Position numbers and translations under genes: made by a program | In this document: positions 27,916 through 36,942 of the stretch, piece after piece | Layout: the number at the start of each line of letters is the position of its first letter | Position numbering within the stretch: the first letter of the stretch is position 1 | Notes under the pieces: model-generated | What the model was told of the DNA's origin: nothing | The model's database searches: none | Seen by the model: the letters and a program-made list of their open reading frames with translations, nothing else | Assembly: GCA_964559865.1 (NCBI GenBank) | Contig: CAZLJD010000030.1 | Location: 125,196-189,195 of the forward strand | Direction of reading: 5' to 3' | DNA from: an uncultured Synergistota bacterium | Lineage (GTDB): Bacteria > Synergistota > JAGHAJ01 | DNA: 64,000 nt

Positions 27916-29481
27916 GTGTTGGAGTTGAAGGGATCTGTGAGGTTTTTACTGGTGGGCGTTTTCATTCTTGGGATGTTTTGGGGAGTAGCTGTTGCTGGTA
28001 ATCCGAATGTGGCAATATATGCCTACAACAGCGAGATGATAACACTTGACCCGAGTACCGAATTTTCTAACTCGGTGGTGGTATTGGCTAATCTCTACGA
28101 GTGTTTGGTGAAGTATACTCCATCTGGTTTAAAACCGTGGCTTGCAGTTTCGTGGGAGGCGCTAAACGGTGGTAAGGAATGGGTGTTTCACCTACGGAGG
28201 GGTGTTAAGTTTCACAGCGGCAACGAGATGACGGCGAAGGATGTTAAGTGGTCTGTTGAGAGAACTATAAAGATGGGTGGTGGTGCGGCGTTTATATGGG
28301 ATCCTGTTAAAAAGGTAGAGGTGGTAGATAGGTATACAGTTAAGTTTGTCCTTAAGTATGCAGCTAATCTTCCGTTGATTGCTTCTGCCGGTTATGGTGC
28401 CTACATCATGGATAGTAAGACACTCTCTGAGATAGGGGACAACAAGGCTATAGCGAAGTATCTTAACAAGGGGCACGAAGCGGGTAGTGGACCATATACG
28501 TTGGTAAAGTATAACCCTAAGACTGAGATTATAATGAAAAAGTTTAATGATTACTGGGGAGGTTGGAAGAAGGGACAGATAGATATAGCAGTGGTTAAGG
28601 TGGTTCCTGACGCTTCATTGAGGGAACAGATGGTGATAAGTGGACAGGCTCAAATTACCAGGGACCTGCCAATAGATGATATACCCAAACTTGAGGATAA
28701 CAAGAAGGTTACGATAAAGCGTTCTCTATCTTATCAGGAGCTTTATGGTATGTTAAACACCCAAAAGAAGCCACTTAACAACAAGCTTGTCAGGAAGGCG
28801 CTCTCTTATGCTACGCCTTATGAGAAGATATTAAAGTATATACTTCACGACTACGGTGTTGTAGCGAATGGACCTATACCCAAGGGGATGTTTGGTTACT
28901 TCCAGGATATGAAGGGCTATTCTTACGACATTTCGAAGGCAAAACAGCTGCTTTCTAAGGCAGGATATGCAAAGGGTGGAATAAAACTGTTGCTTACCTA
29001 TATGCAGGGGGATAGCTCTGAGAAGAAGGTCGCAGAGATATTGAAGGCAGAGTGGAAAAAGATAGGCGTGGACCTCGAAATCAAGGCAATGAACTGGGAG
29101 CAGCAGTGGGCACTTGCGAAGAGTGATCCTTCGAAGGCCCAAGATGTGCTTGTGTTCTATTGGTGGCCAACATATGCAACCCCTTACGACTTTTTGTTTA
29201 ACATGTTCCACAGCGAAAAGACGATCAACTTCAACCTTTGCTATTACAGAAACCCGAACTTTGATAAGTTGATAGATGAGGCCGTTGCCCTTGAGGGTAC
29301 TGATGTCAAGAAGTCTTCTGCCCTTTACAGGAAGGCGGAGGAGATCCTTTTAGACGATGCACCGGCTATATTCTTTTATTCTCCGGATGCGATATATGTT
29401 GTTAACAGAGGTGTAAAAGGGTTTAAGGCGAATCCAGGATACACGCAAGTTGTATTTTTCTATCAGTTGTTCAAGCGGTAG
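27916..29481 (+). CDS. ABC transporter substrate-binding protein, peptide/nickel family (OppA/DppA-like)
   Basis: Signal peptide; 521 aa with family-5 SBP blocks; followed by cognate permeases and ATPases. Confidence 0.85.
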   Translation: MLELKGSVRFLLVGVFILGMFWGVAVAGNPNVAIYAYNSEMITLDPSTEFSNSVVVLANLYECLVKYTPSGLKPWLAVSWEALNGGKEWVFHLRRGVKFHSGNEMTAKDVKWSVERTIKMGGGAAFIWDPVKKVEVVDRYTVKFVLKYAANLPLIASAGYGAYIMDSKTLSEIGDNKAIAKYLNKGHEAGSGPYTLVKYNPKTEIIMKKFNDYWGGWKKGQIDIAVVKVVPDASLREQMVISGQAQITRDLPIDDIPKLEDNKKVTIKRSLSYQELYGMLNTQKKPLNNKLVRKALSYATPYEKILKYILHDYGVVANGPIPKGMFGYFQDMKGYSYDISKAKQLLSKAGYAKGGIKLLLTYMQGDSSEKKVAEILKAEWKKIGVDLEIKAMNWEQQWALAKSDPSKAQDVLVFYWWPTYATPYDFLFNMFHSEKTINFNLCYYRNPNFDKLIDEAVALEGTDVKKSSALYRKAEEILLDDAPAIFFYSPDAIYVVNRGVKGFKANPGYTQVVFFYQLFKR

Positions 29482-29487
29482 ATACTT

Positions 29488-30507
29488 ATGAGATTCTGGG
29501 AGTATGTAGCTTACAGGTTGATACTTGCCGTTGTGGTTGTGTTTGGGGTAGTTACTATAGTCTTTGTGACTTCGAGGATAGTGCCGTCCGACCCAGCTGC
29601 ACTCTGGGTCGGATCACACCCCACGGTTGAGGCTATAAAGAAGGCACGCATAGAACTGCATCTGAACGAGCCACTTTGGAAGCAGTATGCTTACTACATA
29701 GGTGCACTTGTCAAAGGAGACCTCGGTGTTTCTATAAGGACCCATAACTCTGTGGCTTCTGACTTGAGAACAGCTTTCTCTGCAACATTTGAATTGATAG
29801 TTGTCGCAGAAGCTATAGCAATTCTTATAGGAGTTCCATTAGGCGTGGTTTCTGCTGTGAGAAAGGATAGCTGGGTTGATAACCTGAGTAGGATACTGGC
29901 GGTAAGTGGTGTTTCCCTGCCTGCGTTCTGGTTTGGCATAATCCTGCAGTTAATATTCTTCCGGTATCTGGGTATACTTCCTCTTTCTGACAGAGTGGGT
30001 ACTATCGTTTTACTACAGCATCCTCTGAAGGTGCTAACTGGGTTTTATCTCTTAGATTCTCTTTTAACGGGTAATTTTGCTGTCTTCTGGGATGCATTAA
30101 AGCACATAATATTACCAGCCTTTACCCTTTCTGTTTATCCGATAGGACTCATTACGAGGCAGGTCCGATCTATGATGGTAGAGGTCCTACAGGAAAATTA
30201 TGTCAGAACCGTTAGAGCTTATGGATTGCCTGAGCGCCAAATATATTACAAGTATGCTCTAAAGAACGCTATAACGCCGGCGTTGATATCTGTTGGATTG
30301 TCGTTTGCCTACACACTGGTGGGTGCCTTTCTTGTGGAACTTGTGTTTAACTGGCCTGGTTTGGGGAGGTATGCTGCGAATGCAATACTTAGTATGGACT
30401 ATCCTGCAATTTCGGGAGTGACGATAGTAGTAGCTACGACCTATGTGTTTGTTAACCTGGTTGTTGACCTCATACAGGTGCATCTCGATCCGAGGATAGT
30501 GCTATGA
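29488..30507 (+). CDS. ABC transporter permease (DppB/OppB-like)
   Basis: Polytopic; typical DppB N-terminus (RLILAVVVVFGVVTIVF). Confidence 0.9.
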   Translation: MRFWEYVAYRLILAVVVVFGVVTIVFVTSRIVPSDPAALWVGSHPTVEAIKKARIELHLNEPLWKQYAYYIGALVKGDLGVSIRTHNSVASDLRTAFSATFELIVVAEAIAILIGVPLGVVSAVRKDSWVDNLSRILAVSGVSLPAFWFGIILQLIFFRYLGILPLSDRVGTIVLLQHPLKVLTGFYLLDSLLTGNFAVFWDALKHIILPAFTLSVYPIGLITRQVRSMMVEVLQENYVRTVRAYGLPERQIYYKYALKNAITPALISVGLSFAYTLVGAFLVELVFNWPGLGRYAANAILSMDYPAISGVTIVVATTYVFVNLVVDLIQVHLDPRIVL

Positions 30508-31358
30508 AAGTGATCGATGGTGTAAGACTTGTGATGAGAAAGAAGATATCGGCTGTTGCCTTCTGGACGATAATTTTGCTTGTACTCATGGCAATATTTG
30601 CTCCTCTGATTGCTCCCTATCCGCAAGAGGCTACAGGGACACCTAATCTGAAAGCGAGGCTTTTGCCGCCCTCCTGGGAGCATCCGTTTGGCACAGACCA
30701 CCTTGGTAGGGATGTGCTCAGTAGGGTTATATATGGAGCACGCACATCTTTTGTGGTGGGTTTTTCTGTAGTTGCCATTGCGCTTTTGATAGGTCTGCCT
30801 TTGGGTTTAATATCGGGTTATCTTGGCGGGAAGTTTGATATGATAATCATGCGCCTTACCGATGTTTTTCTTGCCTTTCCCCCACTCTTGTTGGCTTTGC
30901 TTATATCCTCGTCCATTGGTAGTGGAATGTTCAATGCGATTCTTGCGCTGGCTATAAGCTGGTGGCCTTGGTACACAAGATTGGTGAGAGGCATGGCAAT
31001 ATCCGTTAAGCAACGCCCGTATGTGGAAGCAGCGAGTTGCATGGGGATCAGTCAAGTGAAGATAGTTCTGAGGCATGTTTTACCCAATTCTATATCCCCT
31101 ATGATAGTGCAAGCTACCATGGATGTGGGTTCAGCCATACTTGAGGCTGCTGCTTTGAGCTTCTTAGGATTGGGCGTTCAAGCTCCCACCCCTGATTGGG
31201 GTTTGATGATAAGTGAGGGGAAAAACTACTTTTTGAACTACTGGTGGTATCCGGTCTTCCCCGGTATAGCACTACTTGTAGTGGTTGTGTCGTTTAACAT
31301 ACTTGGTGATGCAGTTAGGGAGTTTATAGATCCCCGATTAAGGAGAAGGGTTATATGA
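30504..31358 (+). CDS. ABC transporter permease (DppC/OppC-like)
   Basis: Polytopic; LGTDHLGRDVLSRVIYGAR block typical of DppC. Confidence 0.9.
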   Translation: MKVIDGVRLVMRKKISAVAFWTIILLVLMAIFAPLIAPYPQEATGTPNLKARLLPPSWEHPFGTDHLGRDVLSRVIYGARTSFVVGFSVVAIALLIGLPLGLISGYLGGKFDMIIMRLTDVFLAFPPLLLALLISSSIGSGMFNAILALAISWWPWYTRLVRGMAISVKQRPYVEAASCMGISQVKIVLRHVLPNSISPMIVQATMDVGSAILEAAALSFLGLGVQAPTPDWGLMISEGKNYFLNYWWYPVFPGIALLVVVVSFNILGDAVREFIDPRLRRRVI

Positions 31359-32317
31359 ATGTAAAGCTTTCTATTAGAGACCTTTTCGTGGATTTTGCTA
31401 CTCCTTTAGGTGTGGCAAAGGTTCTGAACGGTGTAAACCTCGATGTGTATCAGGGGGAAGTATTTGGGGTAGTTGGGGAAACTGGTTGTGGTAAGAGTGT
31501 TACTTCTATGTCTATTTTGAGGGTGTTGCCTCAGAACGCATATGTTCGAGGGAGTATTGTGTTTGAGGGTGAGGAGTTGCTCGAGAAGACAGAGGAGGAA
31601 ATGCGTGAGATAAGGGGAAGCAAGATATCGATGGTCTTTCAGGATCCGATGACATCGCTGAATCCCCTTTTTAAAATAGGGGAACAGATGATAGATGTGG
31701 TGAGGGCGCACCGCTCTGTTGGTAAGAGAGAAGCACTGGATATGATCTCGTCTCTCCTTGCTGATGTGAGGCTTTCTGACCCGTCGAGGATCGTATCTTC
31801 ATACCCTCATGAGTTGTCTGGGGGTATGAAGCAGAGGGTTATGATAGCAATGGCGCTTTCGTTAAAGCCTTCTTTGATTATAGCAGATGAGCCAACGACG
31901 GCCTTGGATGTTACTGTTCAGAGGCAGGTTTTAGATCTTATCTTGGAGTTGCAGGAAAAGTACGGATTTTCTGTGCTTTTGATAACGCATGACCTTGGTG
32001 TTGTTGCTGAGACATGTGATAGGGTTGGAATAATGTATGCGGGGGATGTAGTGGAAATTGCACCGATTGAGAAACTATTTTCTAATCCACTCCACCCTTA
32101 TACGAGGGCATTGCTGTCCGTTATCCCAGACATCTCAGGGAAGAAGAGATTGACCCCTCTGGGTGGAAGCGTTCCCAGTTTGTTGCATCCACCTACTGGA
32201 TGCAGGTTTCACCCGAGATGTAGATTTTTGAAAGATGTGTGCAGACAGGATAAACCAATACTTCTGGAAGTTGAAGATGAGCACTTTGTTTCCTGCCATC
32301 TCTATGGAGGTAGATGA
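31355..32317 (+). CDS. ABC transporter ATP-binding protein (DppD/OppD-like)
   Basis: Walker A GETGCGKS, signature LSGGMKQR, Walker B IADEPTTALD, C-terminal oligopeptide-ATPase extension. Confidence 0.9.
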   Translation: MNVKLSIRDLFVDFATPLGVAKVLNGVNLDVYQGEVFGVVGETGCGKSVTSMSILRVLPQNAYVRGSIVFEGEELLEKTEEEMREIRGSKISMVFQDPMTSLNPLFKIGEQMIDVVRAHRSVGKREALDMISSLLADVRLSDPSRIVSSYPHELSGGMKQRVMIAMALSLKPSLIIADEPTTALDVTVQRQVLDLILELQEKYGFSVLLITHDLGVVAETCDRVGIMYAGDVVEIAPIEKLFSNPLHPYTRALLSVIPDISGKKRLTPLGGSVPSLLHPPTGCRFHPRCRFLKDVCRQDKPILLEVEDEHFVSCHLYGGR

Positions 32318-33276
32318 TGATAGAGGTAAGAGAGTTAAAGAAATACTTTCCCGTGAAGATAGGAGTATTTAAAAGACCCATCTATTTAAAGGCAGTAGAT
32401 GGAGTATCTTTCTCCGTAGATAGGGCAAAAACACTTGCACTTGTTGGTGAGAGTGGCAGTGGTAAAACAACAGTTGGTAGAACTGTAATAAGGCTTTACG
32501 AACCTACCTCTGGAGAGATACTGTTTAAGGGCGAGAATATTTCCACCATGAGTAGAGAGGAGTTTAAGAGCGTGAGGACAAAGATGCAGATGATATATCA
32601 AAACCCTTACTCTTCTCTCAACCCGAGACTCACGGTGTTTAAGTCTGTGGCTGAGCCGCTTGTAGAACATAGCTGTGCTGGTGTTAGGTCGAGAGTTTAT
32701 GAACTTCTGGATGCAGTAGGACTTTCTGTAGAGCATGCGAACAAGTATCCGGATGAACTTTCTGGTGGGCAGTGCCAGAGGGTGGCTATTGCAAGGGCAC
32801 TTGCATTGCAACCGGAGTTTCTTGTCTTGGATGAACCCACATCGGCATTAGATGTCTCTGTTCAAGCTCAGGTTCTAAACCTCCTCATAGATGTTCAGAA
32901 GGAGAAGGAGATCTCTTATCTGTTTATCTCGCATGACCTTTCTGTTGTCAGGTATCTTAGTGATAGGGTGGCAATTATGTACCTTGGAAAGATCGTAGAG
33001 ATAGGCTTTACAGATGATATATTTGATGATCCGCTTCACCCTTACACGAAGATGTTACTCGATTCTATTCCGGTTCCTTCCCCGGGGAGAAAGAGGGGGA
33101 GGCTACATATCCCTCTTGGAGAAGTTGCCAGTCCTTTGAATCCCCCAACAGGGTGTAAATTCCACCCGAGGTGCCCGTTTCGGGAAAAGCAGTGTGTTGA
33201 AGAAGAACCAGACCTTATTGAAGTTGGAAGAGGAAGGTTAGTAAGGTGTCACTTCGTTACCCAGAGGGAGGTGTGA
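32314..33276 (+). CDS. ABC transporter ATP-binding protein (DppF/OppF-like)
   Basis: Walker A GESGSGKTT, signature LSGGQCQR, Walker B LVLDEPTSALD. Confidence 0.9.
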   Translation: MMIEVRELKKYFPVKIGVFKRPIYLKAVDGVSFSVDRAKTLALVGESGSGKTTVGRTVIRLYEPTSGEILFKGENISTMSREEFKSVRTKMQMIYQNPYSSLNPRLTVFKSVAEPLVEHSCAGVRSRVYELLDAVGLSVEHANKYPDELSGGQCQRVAIARALALQPEFLVLDEPTSALDVSVQAQVLNLLIDVQKEKEISYLFISHDLSVVRYLSDRVAIMYLGKIVEIGFTDDIFDDPLHPYTKMLLDSIPVPSPGRKRGRLHIPLGEVASPLNPPTGCKFHPRCPFREKQCVEEEPDLIEVGRGRLVRCHFVTQREV

Positions 33277-33279
33277 ACT

Positions 33280-34368
33280 TTGAAAGAACTTACAGTTTTG
33301 GACTTAAAGGATATACTGCTTGGCTGTACACTCCTTGGCACAGGGGGAGGTGGAGATCCAGCGGAAGGTTGGCACTTGATTGAGAGGGCAGTAAATAGTG
33401 GGAAGAAGTTTGTTTTAGCAGGATTGGATGAACTCCCTGAAGATGGGATTGTTGCAGTGCCTTACTTTGTTGGTTCTCTTGGGGGAAAGAAATTAGATTC
33501 TGTATATAAGGAGGGAGAAGTTGTAAGGTCTTACAAGTTGCTCGAAGACTACATGGGTAAGCAATTTTACGGTGTCCTTTCTACGGAACTTGGGGGTGCT
33601 AACACTGCGGTAGCTCTAATGACTGCTGCTATGATGGGCTATCCTATTGTAGATGGAGACCCTGCGGGCAGATCTGTACCCGAGCTTCAGCATACCACAT
33701 ATTATATCAAGGGTATAGGTATGTGTCCGTTTTCGGTGGTTACACCGTTTGGCGATGAGATGGTGGTACCCACCGTGAGTAGTGACTTTATGGCGGAGAG
33801 GATCGTTAGAGCTGTGGTATGGGGTTGTGGCACGAATGTCGGTGTTACCTCTCACCCGGTTTCTGGAGATAGATTGAAAGAGGCGGTAATAGGTGGTGCT
33901 ATAACAGATGCGCTGAATCTTGGCAGAGTGATAAGGGAGCATGCAGGGACGATAAAAGGAGTTGTCGAGGCACTCGTTGGTGAAGGTGGTTGGTATCTCC
34001 TCTTTGAGGGCGTGTGTATAGATGCGTTGTATGAAGAGAGGGAGGGCTTTACTGTTGGTCATTTTGTTTTGCAGGGCGAAGGGGATTTTACTGGTCATAG
34101 ATATAAGGTTTATCTCAAGAACGAAAACATGTATTCTGAGAAAGATGGCAGGATAGATGTTACCGTTCCAGACCTGATAAGTGTGGTGGATGAAGAGGGT
34201 ATGCCGGTTACCAATCCAAATGTTTTGGTGGGGAAGCGTTATGCGGTTGTTGGACTCCCTGCACCTTCGGTGTGGAGAACGCAGGGTGGTTTGAATATAT
34301 TTGGTCCTAAGTATCTTGGGTTGGATGTGGATTATGTGCCGATAGAAGAGAGCCGTGGGGGTGTTTAG
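33280..34368 (+). CDS. conserved hypothetical protein (possibly DUF917-like)
   Basis: 362 aa with GTGGGGDP glycine-rich motif near N-terminus; family name from memory, unverified. Confidence 0.45.
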   Translation: MKELTVLDLKDILLGCTLLGTGGGGDPAEGWHLIERAVNSGKKFVLAGLDELPEDGIVAVPYFVGSLGGKKLDSVYKEGEVVRSYKLLEDYMGKQFYGVLSTELGGANTAVALMTAAMMGYPIVDGDPAGRSVPELQHTTYYIKGIGMCPFSVVTPFGDEMVVPTVSSDFMAERIVRAVVWGCGTNVGVTSHPVSGDRLKEAVIGGAITDALNLGRVIREHAGTIKGVVEALVGEGGWYLLFEGVCIDALYEEREGFTVGHFVLQGEGDFTGHRYKVYLKNENMYSEKDGRIDVTVPDLISVVDEEGMPVTNPNVLVGKRYAVVGLPAPSVWRTQGGLNIFGPKYLGLDVDYVPIEESRGGV

Positions 34369-34370
34369 AG

Positions 34371-35420
34371 ATGCCGACTAAGTTTTCTTTGGAGACCATG
34401 AGTGCTGCCTTCAAGTTGATGAGAGATATTGTTGGTGTGAAAGAGGGAGAGAGTGTTGTTATAACTGCAGATACGGGTAGTGACTGGAGTGTGGTTGAGG
34501 CTGTGGCAAAGGCATCGACTTTGCTGGGAGCAAAGCCGATGGTGGTATGGTATCCTATGCCACTGGGAGTGGGTAAGGCGGCTGACCCTTACTTGCCACA
34601 GAAACCGTTGGAGGCTGCGGTTTCCAGTGCAGATGTCTGGATAGAGTTTAACATGGGGTGGCTGCTCTATTCTACTGTTTGGGATAATGTGATGGCAGAG
34701 GGTAGTGTTAGGTATCTGTGTTTGGTCGGCATGGGCGTGGACATGTTGGTTAGAACGGTAGAACGGGTTGATGTCGATCTTGTGCTTGAATTCCAGGATA
34801 AACTCGTTGAAGTAACCAAAAGCACACGCAAGATGAGGCTTACCTCTCCTGTGGGTATGGAGCTTGAATTTGAGAATGACCCAGCAAGACCGATTTTCAC
34901 GGAGGGGCGTGTCATGGGTCCAGGGGATTACATGTTGATGGGACAGGTAGACTGGGCACCGATTGAAGAGAGCATAAATGGGGTTTTGGTCTTTGATGGA
35001 TCTGTCTATCCACCAGAGGATGTTGGACTTTTGCGTGCTCCTATATTTTTGGAAGTAGAGAAAGGTCGTGTAGTTTCTGTGAAAGGTGGCTCTGAAGCTA
35101 AGAGGTTTGAGAGATGGCTCAAGAGTTTTGATGACCCTGGTATGTTTAATATAGCTCATATCTCTTATGGGTGCAACCCAGGAGCAAAGCTAACGGGTAA
35201 TATCCTTGAGGATGAGAGGGTCTGGGGTGCTGTGGAGTGGGGGATTGGTAATCAGGCAGATAGCTTCAAAGGGTTAGCGGGTCCTGCTAAGAGCCATACA
35301 GACGGCATATGTTTGAATCCCACACTGATTGCTGATGGGGAGTACCTTATAAAGGATGGAAGTTATGTTCATCCACTGCTTGCAGATATGGAAAAGAGGA
35401 TAATCGGGTCTTCTGGGTGA
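34371..35420 (+). CDS. M29-type aminopeptidase-like protein
   Basis: C-terminal blocks EDERVWGAVEWGIGN and HTDGI resemble AmpS/PepS-family metalloaminopeptidases; tentative. Confidence 0.45.
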   Translation: MPTKFSLETMSAAFKLMRDIVGVKEGESVVITADTGSDWSVVEAVAKASTLLGAKPMVVWYPMPLGVGKAADPYLPQKPLEAAVSSADVWIEFNMGWLLYSTVWDNVMAEGSVRYLCLVGMGVDMLVRTVERVDVDLVLEFQDKLVEVTKSTRKMRLTSPVGMELEFENDPARPIFTEGRVMGPGDYMLMGQVDWAPIEESINGVLVFDGSVYPPEDVGLLRAPIFLEVEKGRVVSVKGGSEAKRFERWLKSFDDPGMFNIAHISYGCNPGAKLTGNILEDERVWGAVEWGIGNQADSFKGLAGPAKSHTDGICLNPTLIADGEYLIKDGSYVHPLLADMEKRIIGSSG

Positions 35421-35497
35421 GCTGGCGGATTCTTTGTATTGACAAAGTGGGCAGTTTGGGGTATCCTTTGTGTGGAAGAAGGGGGGAGGTATCAGGA

Positions 35498-36292
35498 ATG
35501 AAGAGGATAAGAGGGTATATGATTTTCTTTGTGGTGGTTGGAATTCTGGTGTCTTTGTTTTCAACGCTTGCTTTTGCGAAGAGTAATAAGGTGTATGAAG
35601 AATACAAGAAGACGCTTGCGCAGTTTCAGAAGACAGTGGTATATAGAGGGAAGAGGGCTCGTATTTCTATTACTGTTACGTACTACTCTGCAAAGCTGGT
35701 GGATGCCATAGTGAACTGGGAAGCCGAAAAGCACCTGTGGACGGAGGACGAGGCAGAAAACTACAAGTATCAGCTGTTGAAGACATTACACTTTGAAGAT
35801 ATGCTCCCGTTCAAAATTTCCATAGATAATAGAGGACCGAGCATGCACCCGGCACCGTTTGGTTCTAAGGTTACTCTTTGGATAGACAGCAAGAGCTACA
35901 AACCTAAGAAGTACGACTTGAGGTTTAACTTTAAGATAATAGGGAAAAGGGAAGGTATGGTCTTCTTTGCGAGGAGAGGCAAGAATGGGAAGCCGATAAT
36001 AAAGCCGTCGTCCTCTCTCATGCAGATAGTTATAGACAGTTCCATAAGCCCGGTGACCAGTGGGCGGAATTTTGACTTTACATTTAAGTGGGGACATCCT
36101 TACGAGAATCTCGAGGCGCTTGCGAAAGCCGATATAGCCAGAGCCCGTTTAGAGATTGATAGGCTTATGAGGAGGATACAGAGGCTTACGGATAAAAAGA
36201 AGGAGCTTCTGGAACAGTTGAAAAAGATAGAACAAGAGATCGAAATGATAAAGAAGAGAATAAGTGAGCTTGAAAGCGTAAAAGAGAAGTGA
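35498..36292 (+). CDS. hypothetical secreted/membrane-anchored protein with C-terminal coiled coil
   Basis: ATG 35498 preceded by GGGAGGT; N-terminal signal-like segment; K/E-rich heptad region at C-terminus. Confidence 0.5.
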   Translation: MKRIRGYMIFFVVVGILVSLFSTLAFAKSNKVYEEYKKTLAQFQKTVVYRGKRARISITVTYYSAKLVDAIVNWEAEKHLWTEDEAENYKYQLLKTLHFEDMLPFKISIDNRGPSMHPAPFGSKVTLWIDSKSYKPKKYDLRFNFKIIGKREGMVFFARRGKNGKPIIKPSSSLMQIVIDSSISPVTSGRNFDFTFKWGHPYENLEALAKADIARARLEIDRLMRRIQRLTDKKKELLEQLKKIEQEIEMIKKRISELESVKEK

Positions 36293-36302
36293 GGAGTTGG
36301 AG

Positions 36303-36887
36303 TTACGCGACGGCATCAAACCCGCTGCCTACTAACCCGGGTAGCGGGTTTATGTTTTCTGGTAGAGCTTTGTTGTTTTGGGCGAGTTCTATCCGTATCA
36401 GGATACTTTTGAGATTTCTAATCTTCTCCCTGAGCCTTTCTGCTTTTTGCCCTTCTGCAGGGTTGTTTTCTTCTTCTTGGAGTTTTTGAGAGAGTATCTG
36501 TATCTCTCGTTGGATTCGCTCTTTCAATCTCTTTGTACGAACCTTCTTTGCATCTATGTGGTTGGTGTTGCCGTTTGTCTCCTTATTTTTAGGTAGTGCT
36601 GTGTTAACTTTTTTGTGTTTTGGGAAGATGATATACGCCTTGGATTCACCAGACCTTGCAGCCAGAAATGAGCCAACAAACTGTCTGTTTAGATATATGT
36701 TTTCATATATGACTATACCACCTTTTTCCATCGCTTCTGCCTCGAAGCGGTGGATATTCCCCAATTCGTGGGATGCTACCCGTAGAACGCTTTGACTTGC
36801 GCTTGCAGGAGCAGCTATCCCCATCTCTCCTGGGTCGAGCTTATAGTAAAGAATAGGATTTGATACCGCTGTCAATCCTCTTAACAT
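36303..36887 (-). CDS. hypothetical protein (uncertain ORF)
   Basis: 194-aa ORF with GGTGA before ATG and a K/E/Q-rich coiled-coil C-terminal half; its last ~15 codons are encoded by the terminator hairpin of the convergent gene. Confidence 0.3.
   Translation of the reverse strand: MLRGLTAVSNPILYYKLDPGEMGIAAPASASQSVLRVASHELGNIHRFEAEAMEKGGIVIYENIYLNRQFVGSFLAARSGESKAYIIFPKHKKVNTALPKNKETNGNTNHIDAKKVRTKRLKERIQREIQILSQKLQEEENNPAEGQKAERLREKIRNLKSILIRIELAQNNKALPENINPLPGLVGSGFDAVA
36318..36360 (+). terminator. intrinsic terminator after the 35498-36292 gene
   Basis: aaacccgctgcc / gggtagcgggttt stem followed by ATGTTTTCT T-rich tract. Confidence 0.55.
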
Positions 36888-36942
36888 TACACTTCACCAT
36901 TACATATTATACCACAACTTTGCTAAAGAGGGGTATAAAAAT

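Noticed and set aside
34365-35159. 264-aa minus-strand ORF
   Set aside because: Antisense to the M29-like gene; His/Cys-rich low-complexity translation.
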